64,000 bases of DNA from an uncultured Gemmatimonadales bacterium (lineage in GTDB: Bacteria > Gemmatimonadota > Gemmatimonadetes > Gemmatimonadales > GWC2-71-9): contig CAWHFW010000002.1 in NCBI GenBank assembly GCA_963828735.1, positions 960,001 through 1,024,000 on the forward strand. The letters are read 5' to 3'. Of the stretch, positions 44,776 to 53,740 are shown piece after piece. Within the stretch, counting starts at the first letter, position 1. Every line of letters starts with the position of its first letter. Position numbers and translations under genes: made by a program. The notes under the pieces are model-generated. The model was given only the letters and a program-made list of their open reading frames with translations, was not told the origin of the DNA and did not search any database.

Positions 44776-46566
44776 ATGCCCGCCCTCCCGACGGCGCCCT
44801 CCGATTACCGCCAGCACCTGGAGATCGAGACCCCCGAGCACGTCGTGCTCGACCTCGAAATCGCCGGAATCGGGAGTCGCGCCCTCGCCGCCGTGGTCGA
44901 CACCGCGATCCTGGTCGGGTCCGGGCTCGCTCTCGTGATCGCGCTGACGATCTTGGCGCGCTATGGCGTGACCACCGGCCACGTGGGGTCGATCGTGCTG
45001 GTGCTCGCGAGCTTTCTCGCCTGGAATGGCTATTTCATTCTGTTCGAGGGCCTGCGGCAGGGACAGACGCCGGGTAAGCGGATCGTCGGCATCCGCGTGG
45101 TGATGGACACCGGGCACGCCGTAAGCTTCGGGGCAGCCGCCGCCCGCAACCTGCTGCGCATCGCGGACGCCGTTCCCCCGCCGTATCTGATCGGGCTGCT
45201 GCTCGTCGCCTTCCACCCCCGGGGCAAACGACTGGGGGACCTCGTGGCCGGCACCGTGGTCGCGCGGGATCGTCCGCATGAAGCCCCGGCGGCGGCCCAG
45301 CCCGCACGTCCCCCCGACGAGGCGCCATCCATCCCGGAGCTCGGGGACGAAGACTTTCGGCTGCTCGCGCAGTTCGCGGCCCGTCACGGACAGCTCGAGC
45401 CCGCGTCCAGGGCACGGCTCGCGAACGGGCTGGCCGCCAGGCTTTCAGCGCATCCCGCTGGCGCCGGTCAGAGCGACGTGGCGCATCTCCTCGCGCTTCA
45501 CGCGGCCGAGCTCTCCCGGCGTCAGGGCCGCCTTTCCGCCCGTGGCGCGGCCGGCGCCGGGACCCGGTTCGCGGCCCAGAAGCGGACGCGGTGGGACGAA
45601 TTCGAGCGGCTCGCGGATCGGGCGGCGCGAAACGGCCTGGACAGTTTCGGCTCCAGCGAGCTGCCGGATTTCGCCGCCCGCTATCGCGAGGTGGCCGCCG
45701 ACCTCGCGCGCGCCCGCACCTACCGCGCCGACCGGGCCACGCAGGACCGTCTCGAACGGCTCGCCGCCGCCGGTCACAACGTGCTCTACCGGGACGACCG
45801 CAGCACCTGGGGCAGGCTGTGGATCGCTCTCGCTCGCGAATGCCCGGCCGCGGTGATCGAGGCGCGCCGGTATGTCCTGGTCGCGTTTCTGACGTTCATC
45901 ATCCCGGCTGGGGTGGGATTCATGGTTCTCCACGAGCGACCCGCGCTCGCCGTGGAGCTCCTACCGGACGTCATGCTCCGCCGGGCCGAGGCGGGCCAGG
46001 CCCGAAAGGCCGCCGGCCGCGGGTACGTCGAGATTGCACCCGAGGACCGCGGGCTCATGGCGTCGGGCATCATCACCAACAACGTGCGGGTGGCGATCGC
46101 CTGCTTCGCGGGCGGCGTATTCTTGGGGGTGGGGTCGCTCATCCTGCTGGCCTACAACGGTCTGGCGATCGGCGCCTTCGCCGGTCACTTCGCGAACGTG
46201 GGATTGCTGGACTATCTCCTCACCTTCATTCTCGGACACGGGGCCCTCGAGCTGTTCGCGATCTGGGTCGCGGGAGCGGCGGGATTTCTCCTGGGGCGCT
46301 CGGTCGTCGCGCCCGGCACGCTGAGCAGGGGCGACGCGCTGGTGGTAAGCGGTCGCGTGGCGATCCGCATGGTGGGCGCGACGGCGGTGATCCTCGTGGC
46401 GGCGGGCCTGATCGAAGGATTCGTCTCGGCGGGCGGCTACGACGTAGGGGTGCGCCTCACCGCGAGCGTGGCCAGTCTGGCGTTGCTCGCGGGGTACCTC
46501 ATCAGCGGCGTCAGATTTCGCGCAGCATCGTCCGCATCCGGATCGCCAGGGCCTCGATCTCCCTGA
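44776..46566 (+). CDS. RDD-domain / stage II sporulation protein M fusion
   Basis: RDD motifs IETPEHV, GQTPGKR and RLGDLVAGT. SpoIIM motifs IITNNVRV, HGALEL and AGLIEGF. Confidence 0.88.
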   Translation: MPALPTAPSDYRQHLEIETPEHVVLDLEIAGIGSRALAAVVDTAILVGSGLALVIALTILARYGVTTGHVGSIVLVLASFLAWNGYFILFEGLRQGQTPGKRIVGIRVVMDTGHAVSFGAAAARNLLRIADAVPPPYLIGLLLVAFHPRGKRLGDLVAGTVVARDRPHEAPAAAQPARPPDEAPSIPELGDEDFRLLAQFAARHGQLEPASRARLANGLAARLSAHPAGAGQSDVAHLLALHAAELSRRQGRLSARGAAGAGTRFAAQKRTRWDEFERLADRAARNGLDSFGSSELPDFAARYREVAADLARARTYRADRATQDRLERLAAAGHNVLYRDDRSTWGRLWIALARECPAAVIEARRYVLVAFLTFIIPAGVGFMVLHERPALAVELLPDVMLRRAEAGQARKAAGRGYVEIAPEDRGLMASGIITNNVRVAIACFAGGVFLGVGSLILLAYNGLAIGAFAGHFANVGLLDYLLTFILGHGALELFAIWVAGAAGFLLGRSVVAPGTLSRGDALVVSGRVAIRMVGATAVILVAAGLIEGFVSAGGYDVGVRLTASVASLALLAGYLISGVRFRAASSASGSPGPRSP

Positions 46567-46693
46567 GGCTGGTCACCGTAGCGCCGTCGAGCTGGAGCTC
46601 GTTCAACAGCAGAAGCTGCGTCTCCGCGAGCAGCGCCGAGAGCGGATTCGACAGGTCGTGCCGAAGCTTGCTGAGCCGATCGGCGTCCGACAT
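46511..46693 (-). CDS. Stand-alone HisKA/DHp microprotein (60 aa)
   Basis: H-box RHDLSNPLSALL followed by a second helix. No HATPase domain. Confidence 0.7.
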   Translation of the reverse strand: MSDADRLSKLRHDLSNPLSALLAETQLLLLNELQLDGATVTSLREIEALAIRMRTMLREI

Positions 46694-46698
46694 CTGAT

Positions 46699-46980
46699 CT
46701 AGGCCAGAGACAGGTAGAGCGCGCGCAGGTGATGTTCGGGCAGGCTCCGGACCGACTCCCACAGCTCGGCCTCGGATGGAGCGCAGAAGATCTCGACGGT
46801 TTCTCGGGCCACGAAGTCCGGATCCACGAAGCGAAGCTTCGCGCGCCAGGTCCCATCTTCCTCGCGTCGGACGGTCAGGTGAATGGCGATGGGACGGTCG
46901 GGCAGGCGGAGGGGGGGCAATTCGTGGACGACGGGGTCCCGAGGGGCCTGGGGGCCAAACCGTTGGGGTTGAGCCGTCAT
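46699..46980 (-). CDS. Hypothetical 93-aa protein
   Basis: GGAGG RBS. Ends 5 nt before the DHp gene. Confidence 0.7.
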   Translation of the reverse strand: MTAQPQRFGPQAPRDPVVHELPPLRLPDRPIAIHLTVRREEDGTWRAKLRFVDPDFVARETVEIFCAPSEAELWESVRSLPEHHLRALYLSLA

Positions 46981-47057
46981 CGCAGAGCCTCCGATGGTGA
47001 GCCGTAGTGTTCAAAGATCGTACGGGACTGCAAGTTATGCAATGCGGCACCCCCCTC

Positions 47058-47086
47058 TTGACGTCGCCTAGGGCATGCTCTAATTT
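47058..47086 (+). promoter_or_regulatory. Sigma70 promoter of rho
   Basis: TTGACG-N17-TAATTT. Confidence 0.7.
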
Positions 47087-47279
47087 GAATTGCTTCTTGG
47101 GTCGGCAGGAAACTCCCCGTCACACCTCGTGTACCGCCAGCTCCGTTCCCGGGGCCCATTTCATACATCGCACCTACGTCACCCATACCATCGTCCAGCC
47201 TGTTCAGGGGTCTTGACACCCCTATCATCCCACCGCCCGCCGGATCGCCGGCTGGCCACGCCCCTCTGGAGTCTCGTCC

Positions 47280-48527
47280 GTGGATATCGCTGAGCTGAAA
47301 CAGAAATCGGTCGCGGAGCTGCACTCGCTGGCTGAGCAGTTGAACATTACCAACTACTCCGGCCTCCGGAAGCAGGACCTCATCTTCCGCATCGAACAGT
47401 CGCTCCTCGACTCGGACACGGTCATCCGGGGTGAGGGGGTGCTGGAGATTCTGCCCGAAGGCTACGGCTTCCTCCGCAGCCAGGACTGGAACTACCTGTA
47501 CGGCCCCGACGACATCTACGTCTCGCCGAGCCAGATCAAGCGGTTCGACCTCCGGACGGGCGATACGGTCATGGGCCAGGTCCGCCCGCCCAAGGAAGGC
47601 GAGCGGTACCTCGCGCTGCTCAAGGTCGAGCAGGTCAACTTCGAGGAGCCGGAAAAGACCAAGCACCGGATCGCCTTCGACAACCTGCGGCCCCGGTACC
47701 CCGACTCCCGGATCCGGCTCGAGCGGAAGATCGGCGACCTAAGCATGCGGGTCGTGGACCTTCTCTCGCCGCTCGGCAAGGGACAGCGCGCGCTCATCGT
47801 CGCCCCGCCCAAGGCCGGCAAGACGATCCTGATGCAGAAGCTCGCGAACGCGATCAGCGAGAACCACCCCGAGATCGTCCTCATCGTGCTGCTCATCGAC
47901 GAGCGGCCCGAGGAGGTCACCGACATGGAGGAGAACGTAAAGGCGGAGGTGATCTCCTCCACCTTCGACGAGCCCGCCGACCGGCACGTGCAGGTGGCCG
48001 ACATGGTGATCGAGAAGTCCAAGCGCCTGGTCGAGCACGGCCGGGACGTGGTCATCCTGCTCGACTCGATCACCCGTCTCGCGCGCGCCCACAACGTCGT
48101 GGTGCCCCACTCGGGCAAGATCCTCTCGGGCGGTGTCGACGCCAACGCGCTGCAGAAGCCCAAGCGCTTCTTCGGCGCGGCGCGGAACATCGACAAGGGC
48201 GGGAGCCTCAGCATCATCGCCACGGCGCTGATCGACACCGGCAGCCGGATGGACGAGGTGATCTTCGAGGAGTTCAAGGGCACCGGTAACTCGGAGCTCG
48301 TGCTCGATCGCCGCCTGGCCGACCGGCGCATCTACCCCGCGATCGACATCCAGCGCACCTCGACGCGCAAGGAAGAGCTCCTCATGGACAAGGACGAGCT
48401 CAACCGCGTCTACCTGCTGCGGAACTTCCTGGCCGACATGCCGCCGGTCGAAGCGCTCGAGTTCCTGCTGGAGCGGATGAAGCGCACCAAGAACAACAAG
48501 GAGTTCTTCGCGACGATGGCGCAGTAG
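47280..48527 (+). CDS. rho: Transcription termination factor Rho
   Basis: [25 protein letters not shown] and FKGTGNSE motifs. Confidence 0.98.
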   Translation: MDIAELKQKSVAELHSLAEQLNITNYSGLRKQDLIFRIEQSLLDSDTVIRGEGVLEILPEGYGFLRSQDWNYLYGPDDIYVSPSQIKRFDLRTGDTVMGQVRPPKEGERYLALLKVEQVNFEEPEKTKHRIAFDNLRPRYPDSRIRLERKIGDLSMRVVDLLSPLGKGQRALIVAPPKAGKTILMQKLANAISENHPEIVLIVLLIDERPEEVTDMEENVKAEVISSTFDEPADRHVQVADMVIEKSKRLVEHGRDVVILLDSITRLARAHNVVVPHSGKILSGGVDANALQKPKRFFGAARNIDKGGSLSIIATALIDTGSRMDEVIFEEFKGTGNSELVLDRRLADRRIYPAIDIQRTSTRKEELLMDKDELNRVYLLRNFLADMPPVEALEFLLERMKRTKNNKEFFATMAQ

Positions 48528-48551
48528 GGCTGTCGCGCTGGTAGCGACACC

Positions 48552-48597
48552 AGGGCGGAGAGGGCTCGGGGATCGAGACCCTCTCCGCCCTTCTTTT
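48552..48597 (+). terminator. Intrinsic terminator after rho
   Basis: AGGGCGGAGAGGG/CCCTCTCCGCCCT stem followed by TCTTTT. Confidence 0.8.
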
Positions 48598-48617
48598 GTC
48601 CGGCGTTACCTTCAGGC

Positions 48618-49065
48618 ATGCTACCGACCAGTGGCCGCCTGCTCGCCGTCGACTGGGGCGACGTGCGCATCGGCCTGGCGCTGAGCGACGAGTCCCAGGT
48701 GATCGCGTCGCCGCTCGAGACGCTGGTGCGCCGCCCGGGGAAGCGCTTCCCGATGCCACGCTTTCTCGAGCTGGTGGCGCAACACGCCCCGGTCGGGATC
48801 GTGGTGGGGCTGCCGCTCACGAGCGAGGGAGACGAGGGGGCGAGCGCGGCGGGCGCGCGAGAGATCGCCGACGCGATCGGCCGGCGCACCGAACCTCCCC
48901 CTCGCTTTCTGGGACGAGCGGATGAGCACGGCCAGGGCACTCGCCGCCATTCGAGAACAGGGCGGCTCGACCCGCGGCCGCCGGGAGGAGGTGGACGCCC
49001 TCGCGGCTGCGGTCCTGCTCCAGCACTACCTCGAGGCGCGACGCGCCGGGGGAACCGAACGGTGA
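48618..49065 (+). pseudogene. ruvX: RuvX/YqgF nuclease, frameshifted (possibly an assembly error)
   Basis: LAVDWGDVRIGLALSD and VVGLP lie in one frame. FWDERMST...VDALAAAVLLQ lies in the next frame after a +1 base at ~48891-48901. Confidence 0.85.
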
Positions 49066-50036
49066 GCCGACGGCCGAGGCGGCTGCTGGCGCTGGGCCTG
49101 GTGGTCGCCGCATGCGGCGGCCGCAATACCGCTCCCGAACGGGTAACCGTGCCGCCGGGCGCCACCTTCGCCGCCGTGACCGATACGCTCGCCGCGCACG
49201 GCGTCATCGCCAGCCGCCGCATCTTCAAGCTCATCGCGCGGGTCCGCCGGGTGGACCGCTCGGTGCAGGCCGGCGTCTACGAGTTTCCTCCGGCGACCTC
49301 ACCCTGGCAGGTGCTCGATGTGCTCGCGAAGGGCGCCGCGGTGTCGCAGAAGTTCACGGTGCCCGAAGGACTCGCGATCCCGGAGGTGGCCGCGCTCGCC
49401 GCCGAGCGGCTGGGCATCCCCGAGGATTCGGTGCTGGTCGCGGCCGCGAACGGCGCGGCCGCAAGCGAGATCCTCGGATTTCCGGTCCGCTCGTTCGAGG
49501 GCTTCCTCCGCCCCGAGACCTATTCGCTGCCGATGAGCCTGGACGCGGCAGACCTCGTACGCATCATGGCGGAAGGCTTCAAGTCGGGCTGGGAGCCGGC
49601 CTGGACCGCGCGCCTCGACTCCATCGGGATGACGGAGGCGCAGCTGGTCACCTTCGCCTCCATCGTCGAAGGGGAGGCGCGGGCCGACGAGGAGCGCGAG
49701 ACGATTGCCGGCGTGTACCACAACCGGCTGCGGATTGGGATGGCGCTGCAGGCCGACCCGACGGTGCAGTACGCCATCTTCCTGGCCACCGGCCGCCGAA
49801 AGAACCGGTTGTTCGAGAAGGACTACCAGTTCGCGTCGCCGTACAACACCTACCTTCACCCCGGCCTTCCACCCGGCCCGGTCAACTCGCCGAGCCGGCG
49901 CAGCATCGAGGCCTCGTTGTACCCGGCTCAGGTGCCCTATCTCTACTTCGTCGCGGGCCCCGACGGACACCACGTGTTCGCCAAGACCTACGGGGACCAT
50001 CTCCGGAACATCGCGAAGGTTCGGCACGGGAAGTAG
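49062..50036 (+). CDS. mltG: Endolytic transglycosylase MltG (YceG)
   Basis: TVPEG, EGFLRPETY, ASIVEGE, LQADPT and SPYNTY motifs. GTGA overlap with the ruvX stop. Confidence 0.93.
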   Translation: MSRRPRRLLALGLVVAACGGRNTAPERVTVPPGATFAAVTDTLAAHGVIASRRIFKLIARVRRVDRSVQAGVYEFPPATSPWQVLDVLAKGAAVSQKFTVPEGLAIPEVAALAAERLGIPEDSVLVAAANGAAASEILGFPVRSFEGFLRPETYSLPMSLDAADLVRIMAEGFKSGWEPAWTARLDSIGMTEAQLVTFASIVEGEARADEERETIAGVYHNRLRIGMALQADPTVQYAIFLATGRRKNRLFEKDYQFASPYNTYLHPGLPPGPVNSPSRRSIEASLYPAQVPYLYFVAGPDGHHVFAKTYGDHLRNIAKVRHGK

Positions 50037-50054
50037 GCGACCAAAGGCAGGACG

Positions 50055-50666
50055 TCAGCCGCCCGTTTCCGCCCACGCCTCGGCATACGCGGCGGCGGCG
50101 AGACGGACGTCGCCTTCACCGATGATGCCGGAAACCACGGCCACACCCGATCCGCCCACCTGGCGCACCATCGGGACGTCACTCGGTCTGACGGCGCCAA
50201 TCGCGAGGCACGGCCGCGCACCCGCGAGGCGCGCCAGCTGCGCGAAGCCCTCCCTCCCGAGCTCCGCTCCCGCATCTGCCTTGGTTATCGTGACCCGCCA
50301 CGGGCCGATGCCCCAGTAGTCAGCGGCGGCGGCCGCGGCGGCTTCCGCCGGGGATCCGACCGACGCGCCGATGATGAAGCCCGGCGGGGCGATCGCCCGG
50401 GCGAGCGAGACCGGGAGATCCTCGGGCCCGAGGTGAACGCCGGCCGCGCCCGCGGCGAGCGCGATGTCCGGGCGATCGTTCACGAGAACTGGAATCCGGA
50501 GGGTCGCCACGAGCGCGCGGGCGAGCGTGACCTGCTCGCGGGGCGTCGCGTGCTTGAGGCGGAGCTGGACCGAGGTGACGCCGCCCACCTCCGCCTCCCG
50601 CGCGAGCCCGATGAGATCGCGACCCGCCAACAGCCGGTCGTCGGTCACGAGCATCAGCCGAACCAA
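50055..50666 (-). CDS. thiE: Thiamine phosphate synthase
   Basis: VQLRLK, VNDRPD, GVHLGPED and IIGAS motifs. Start uncertain (TTG 50666, ATG 50654 or ATG 50687). Confidence 0.9.
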   Translation of the reverse strand: MVRLMLVTDDRLLAGRDLIGLAREAEVGGVTSVQLRLKHATPREQVTLARALVATLRIPVLVNDRPDIALAAGAAGVHLGPEDLPVSLARAIAPPGFIIGASVGSPAEAAAAAAADYWGIGPWRVTITKADAGAELGREGFAQLARLAGARPCLAIGAVRPSDVPMVRQVGGSGVAVVSGIIGEGDVRLAAAAYAEAWAETGG

Positions 50667-50685
50667 TGCGGCTACATTAGGTGCC

Positions 50686-51060
50686 ATGTCGGCCCCTCCA
50701 CCTCGCCTGCAGGGCATTCGCGGCGCCACGACCGTGGACCGCAACGACGCGACCGAGATCCTCGAAGCCACCGACGAGCTGCTGCGCACGCTCATCGAGG
50801 CCAACGGCATCTCGCCCGACGACATCGTGAGCGGGCTCTTCACGGTGACACGCGACCTCGATGCCGCTTTCCCCGCCCGCGCGGCGGAAATTTACGGCTG
50901 GAACATCGTGGCGCTCCTGCACGCCACCGAGATCCCGGTGCCCGGCTCCCTCCCAATGTGCATTCGCCTGCTGGTGCACGCCTATACCGAGCGGAGCCGC
51001 GCGGAAATCAGGCATTGCTACCTGCGCGGGGCCACCGTCCTCCGACCCGATCGCGCGTGA
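50686..51060 (+). CDS. aroH: Chorismate mutase, AroH class
   Basis: GIRGATTV, DLDAAFPA and YLRGATVLRPD motifs. Confidence 0.93.
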   Translation: MSAPPPRLQGIRGATTVDRNDATEILEATDELLRTLIEANGISPDDIVSGLFTVTRDLDAAFPARAAEIYGWNIVALLHATEIPVPGSLPMCIRLLVHAYTERSRAEIRHCYLRGATVLRPDRA

Positions 51061-52211
51061 GCAGCGTCCGCGTCACCGCGCGCGGCGCCGAGCGCTGGGT
51101 GCGCGGTCACCCATGGATCTACCGCAGCGACGTCACCTCGGCCGATGCCCCGGCCGGCCTCGTCCCCGTGCATGATCCCCGCGGCCGCTTCATCGGGCAG
51201 GGCCTGCATTCCCCCGCCTCCGAGATCCGCCTCCGGCTGCTCGAACGCACCGATCGCCCGGTGGACGCGGCCTGGTGGCGCGAGCGACTCGCGGCGAGCG
51301 CTGGCCGTCGCGCGGGCATCGACGCGACCGCCTACAGGCTCGTGCACGGCGAAGGCGATGGCCTGCCTTCCCTGATCGTCGACCGGTACGACCGCTGGCT
51401 GGTGGCACAGATCCTCTCGGCTGGCCTCGAGACGATGCGAGAGTCGATCGTGGATGCTCTCGCGGAGGTCTTCGAGCCCGATGGGATTCTGCTCCGGAAC
51501 GACGCCGCCGTCCGGCGCCGGGAAGGGCTCGCCGAGGTGGTAACCCTCGCCCGCGGCACCGTGCCGCGCGAGGTAGAGGTGCGGGAGGCGGACACGCGTT
51601 ACCTCGCCGCGCCCTGGGATGGCCAGAAGACCGGCGCGTTCCTCGATCAGCGCCCCAACCGCATCCTGGCCGGCGAGCTCGCGGCGGCGGGCGGCCGCGC
51701 GCTGGACTGCTTCGCCTATCACGGGTCCTTCGCGGTTCACCTCGCGCGCCGCGCCGCATCGGTGCTCGCGCTGGATGTGAGCTCGGAGGCGCTCGAGCGC
51801 GGAGCGGCCAACGCCGCCCTGAACGGCCTAACCAACATCGAGTGGCGGGAGGGGGACGCCTTCGAGACGCTGCGCGCCTTCGCCCGGGCGCGCGAGCGGT
51901 TCGACACCATCGTCCTCGACCCCCCGGCGTTCGCGAAGAACCGGGGCGCCGTGTCGGCCGCGATCCGGGGCTATCACGAGGTCAACCTCCGAGCCATGCG
52001 GTGCCTGGCCCCGGGCGGCACCTTGCTCACCGCGAGCTGCTCCTTTCACGTCCGGCTGCCGGAGTTCCTCGCCATGTTGGCGGATGCCGCCGCGGACAGC
52101 GGCCGGCGCATCCATCTGCTCCGCGTCCTGGGACAGGATCGGGACCACCCCGAAGTGCTCACGATTCCAGAAACCAGCTACCTGAAGGGCGCGGTTCTGC
52201 AGGGGGAGTGA
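51057..52211 (+). CDS. rlmI: RlmI-like class I SAM-dependent rRNA methyltransferase
   Basis: GHPWIY, GEGDGLP, GQKTGAFLDQR and LDPPAF motifs. Confidence 0.85.
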   Translation: MSSVRVTARGAERWVRGHPWIYRSDVTSADAPAGLVPVHDPRGRFIGQGLHSPASEIRLRLLERTDRPVDAAWWRERLAASAGRRAGIDATAYRLVHGEGDGLPSLIVDRYDRWLVAQILSAGLETMRESIVDALAEVFEPDGILLRNDAAVRRREGLAEVVTLARGTVPREVEVREADTRYLAAPWDGQKTGAFLDQRPNRILAGELAAAGGRALDCFAYHGSFAVHLARRAASVLALDVSSEALERGAANAALNGLTNIEWREGDAFETLRAFARARERFDTIVLDPPAFAKNRGAVSAAIRGYHEVNLRAMRCLAPGGTLLTASCSFHVRLPEFLAMLADAAADSGRRIHLLRVLGQDRDHPEVLTIPETSYLKGAVLQGE

Positions 52212-52352
52212 CGCATCCGCCCCGCCCTGGACTTTCGTCGCATTGACACCGCCTGCCCTCTATATGACTTTGCATGCGATGCCGTCCGCGGAATCCTCAC
52301 TCCAGTCGCTTCGTCTCGCCACGACGCCCCGCGCCCACCGCGCCGAGGCCGC

Positions 52353-53231
52353 GTGCTGAGCGCCACGCAAGTGCGTGCCACGGCGCAGCGGCGGCGCTCG
52401 CCCTATTCGGACAAGCAGCACTACCAGGCGTACATCCTCCAACGCATCGAAGACTACAAGAACTCCATCGGCCGCGGCGAGCTCCTCCGGCTGGGCGACG
52501 AAGCCGCCGCCGAGTTGCAGTCCGCCGCCGAAGGGCAGTTCCTCTTGACCGAAGTCCTCATGCTGGAGTCCGTGGACCGGCTCATCGTGAAGCGGCTCTC
52601 CCTGCGTCCCTACAGCCGCTGGCGGCAGCAGTTCCGCAAGCTCCGCGAGGCGCAGCGGACCCCGACGCATTGGGGCCTCGAGCCCGCCTCGCCGCTCGGG
52701 CGGCTCCTCCCGAGGCTGGAGCCCGAGGACGCGGTCATGGTCATCGGCAGCGGCGCCGAGCCCGCAGCGTATCTCCTCGCGGCGCATGACGCGACCGTCA
52801 CCTTCCTGGCCGGCGACCTCGGTTGCGTCGAGCGCGTCGAATCGCGCATGGCCACGGAGGCGCTGAGTAGCATGTTCGATGGCTACGTCGCGCAAACCGG
52901 TCCCTGCCTGCCCGATTTCGTGGACCTGCCTCGCGATCTGGATCTCGTCGTGCTGGATCCTGGCGCGCTGCTCCACCTCGGCGCCACGTGCCGCATGGAA
53001 TTCATCGGCGACCTGCAGCGGCACAGCCGTCCGGGCGCTGTGCACGTCATCCTGCCGTGCTGTCCCTCGATCGCGCCCGACTCGCTGCTTTGCTGCTATG
53101 ACGGCTGGCTGATCGAAGAGGATAACCGCCGACGTCGTCGGAACGGTGCGTCGCGCCGGCCGGATGGGATCGTGCTGACGGCGCCGTTGTGTCCCGCCAA
53201 CACGGAGGTCCGGCGCTCGACTGCGTCATAA
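52353..53231 (+). CDS. Hypothetical protein with a degenerate Rossmann/MTase-like C-terminal half
   Basis: GAGG before GTG. VMVIGSGAEPAAYLLAAH resembles a degenerate SAM motif I. Confidence 0.7.
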   Translation: MLSATQVRATAQRRRSPYSDKQHYQAYILQRIEDYKNSIGRGELLRLGDEAAAELQSAAEGQFLLTEVLMLESVDRLIVKRLSLRPYSRWRQQFRKLREAQRTPTHWGLEPASPLGRLLPRLEPEDAVMVIGSGAEPAAYLLAAHDATVTFLAGDLGCVERVESRMATEALSSMFDGYVAQTGPCLPDFVDLPRDLDLVVLDPGALLHLGATCRMEFIGDLQRHSRPGAVHVILPCCPSIAPDSLLCCYDGWLIEEDNRRRRRNGASRRPDGIVLTAPLCPANTEVRRSTAS

Positions 53232-53299
53232 CGACGCGGCAGCCTGGGAGCAGGTCAGCTAAGACCCGATATGACACAGGCTTGCAGAGGCACCCCGCG

Positions 53300-53315
53300 T
53301 GGCACGCAGGGTGCC
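53300..53315 (+). promoter_or_regulatory. Candidate sigma54 -24/-12 promoter inside a terminator-like hairpin
   Basis: TGGCACGCAGGGTGCC has GG-N10-GC. It lies within AGGCACCC...GGGTGCCT-TTTC. Confidence 0.45.
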
Positions 53316-53362
53316 TTTTCTATTGGCGTTCCCACTCACCCAGGATGATGAGGATCGCCACC

Positions 53363-53530
53363 ATGAAGACTCCCCAACTCGTCGTCCCGGCCTCACCCCT
53401 TGGCATCGTCATCAAGAACGGTGCGCCCGCCCCGAAGCCGGTCCGTTTCTGGGCCTATATGTGGGCGGCAGACGAAGAGACCGGGGACGACCACTGGCAT
53501 CGCCACGTCCCGGCCGAGCACGCGGCCTGA
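53363..53530 (+). CDS. 55-aa small protein
   Basis: GAGG RBS and its own terminator. Sequence MKTPQLVVP...FWAYMW...HWHRH. Confidence 0.6.
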   Translation: MKTPQLVVPASPLGIVIKNGAPAPKPVRFWAYMWAADEETGDDHWHRHVPAEHAA

Positions 53531-53563
53531 ACGGGAAGGGCTGACCAGCCGATCGGCGGCCCG

Positions 53564-53597
53564 AAACGCCCCCGGACCTCTCGGTCCGGGGGTGTTT
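53564..53597 (+). terminator. Intrinsic terminator
   Basis: AAACGCCCCCGGACC-TCTC-GGTCCGGGGGTGTTT. Confidence 0.8.
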
Positions 53598-53740
53598 GTA
53601 CTTTGGAGGCCGGGCGCTGGCGAGTCGAGCGTGGTTTGACACCGAACCTCGCCCGAGCCCCACGTCAGGCCTCTCAACCATTCACCTTCTCCGCCCTTTC
53701 CAGCCCTCATATATTCCGCCCGACTTCTTTCCGAGGCTCG

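Noticed and set aside
48618..50036. Apparent RuvX-MltG fusion (472 aa)
   Set aside because: It is created by a +1 frameshift. The true RuvX C-terminus lies in another frame and ends at 49065, overlapping the mltG GTG.
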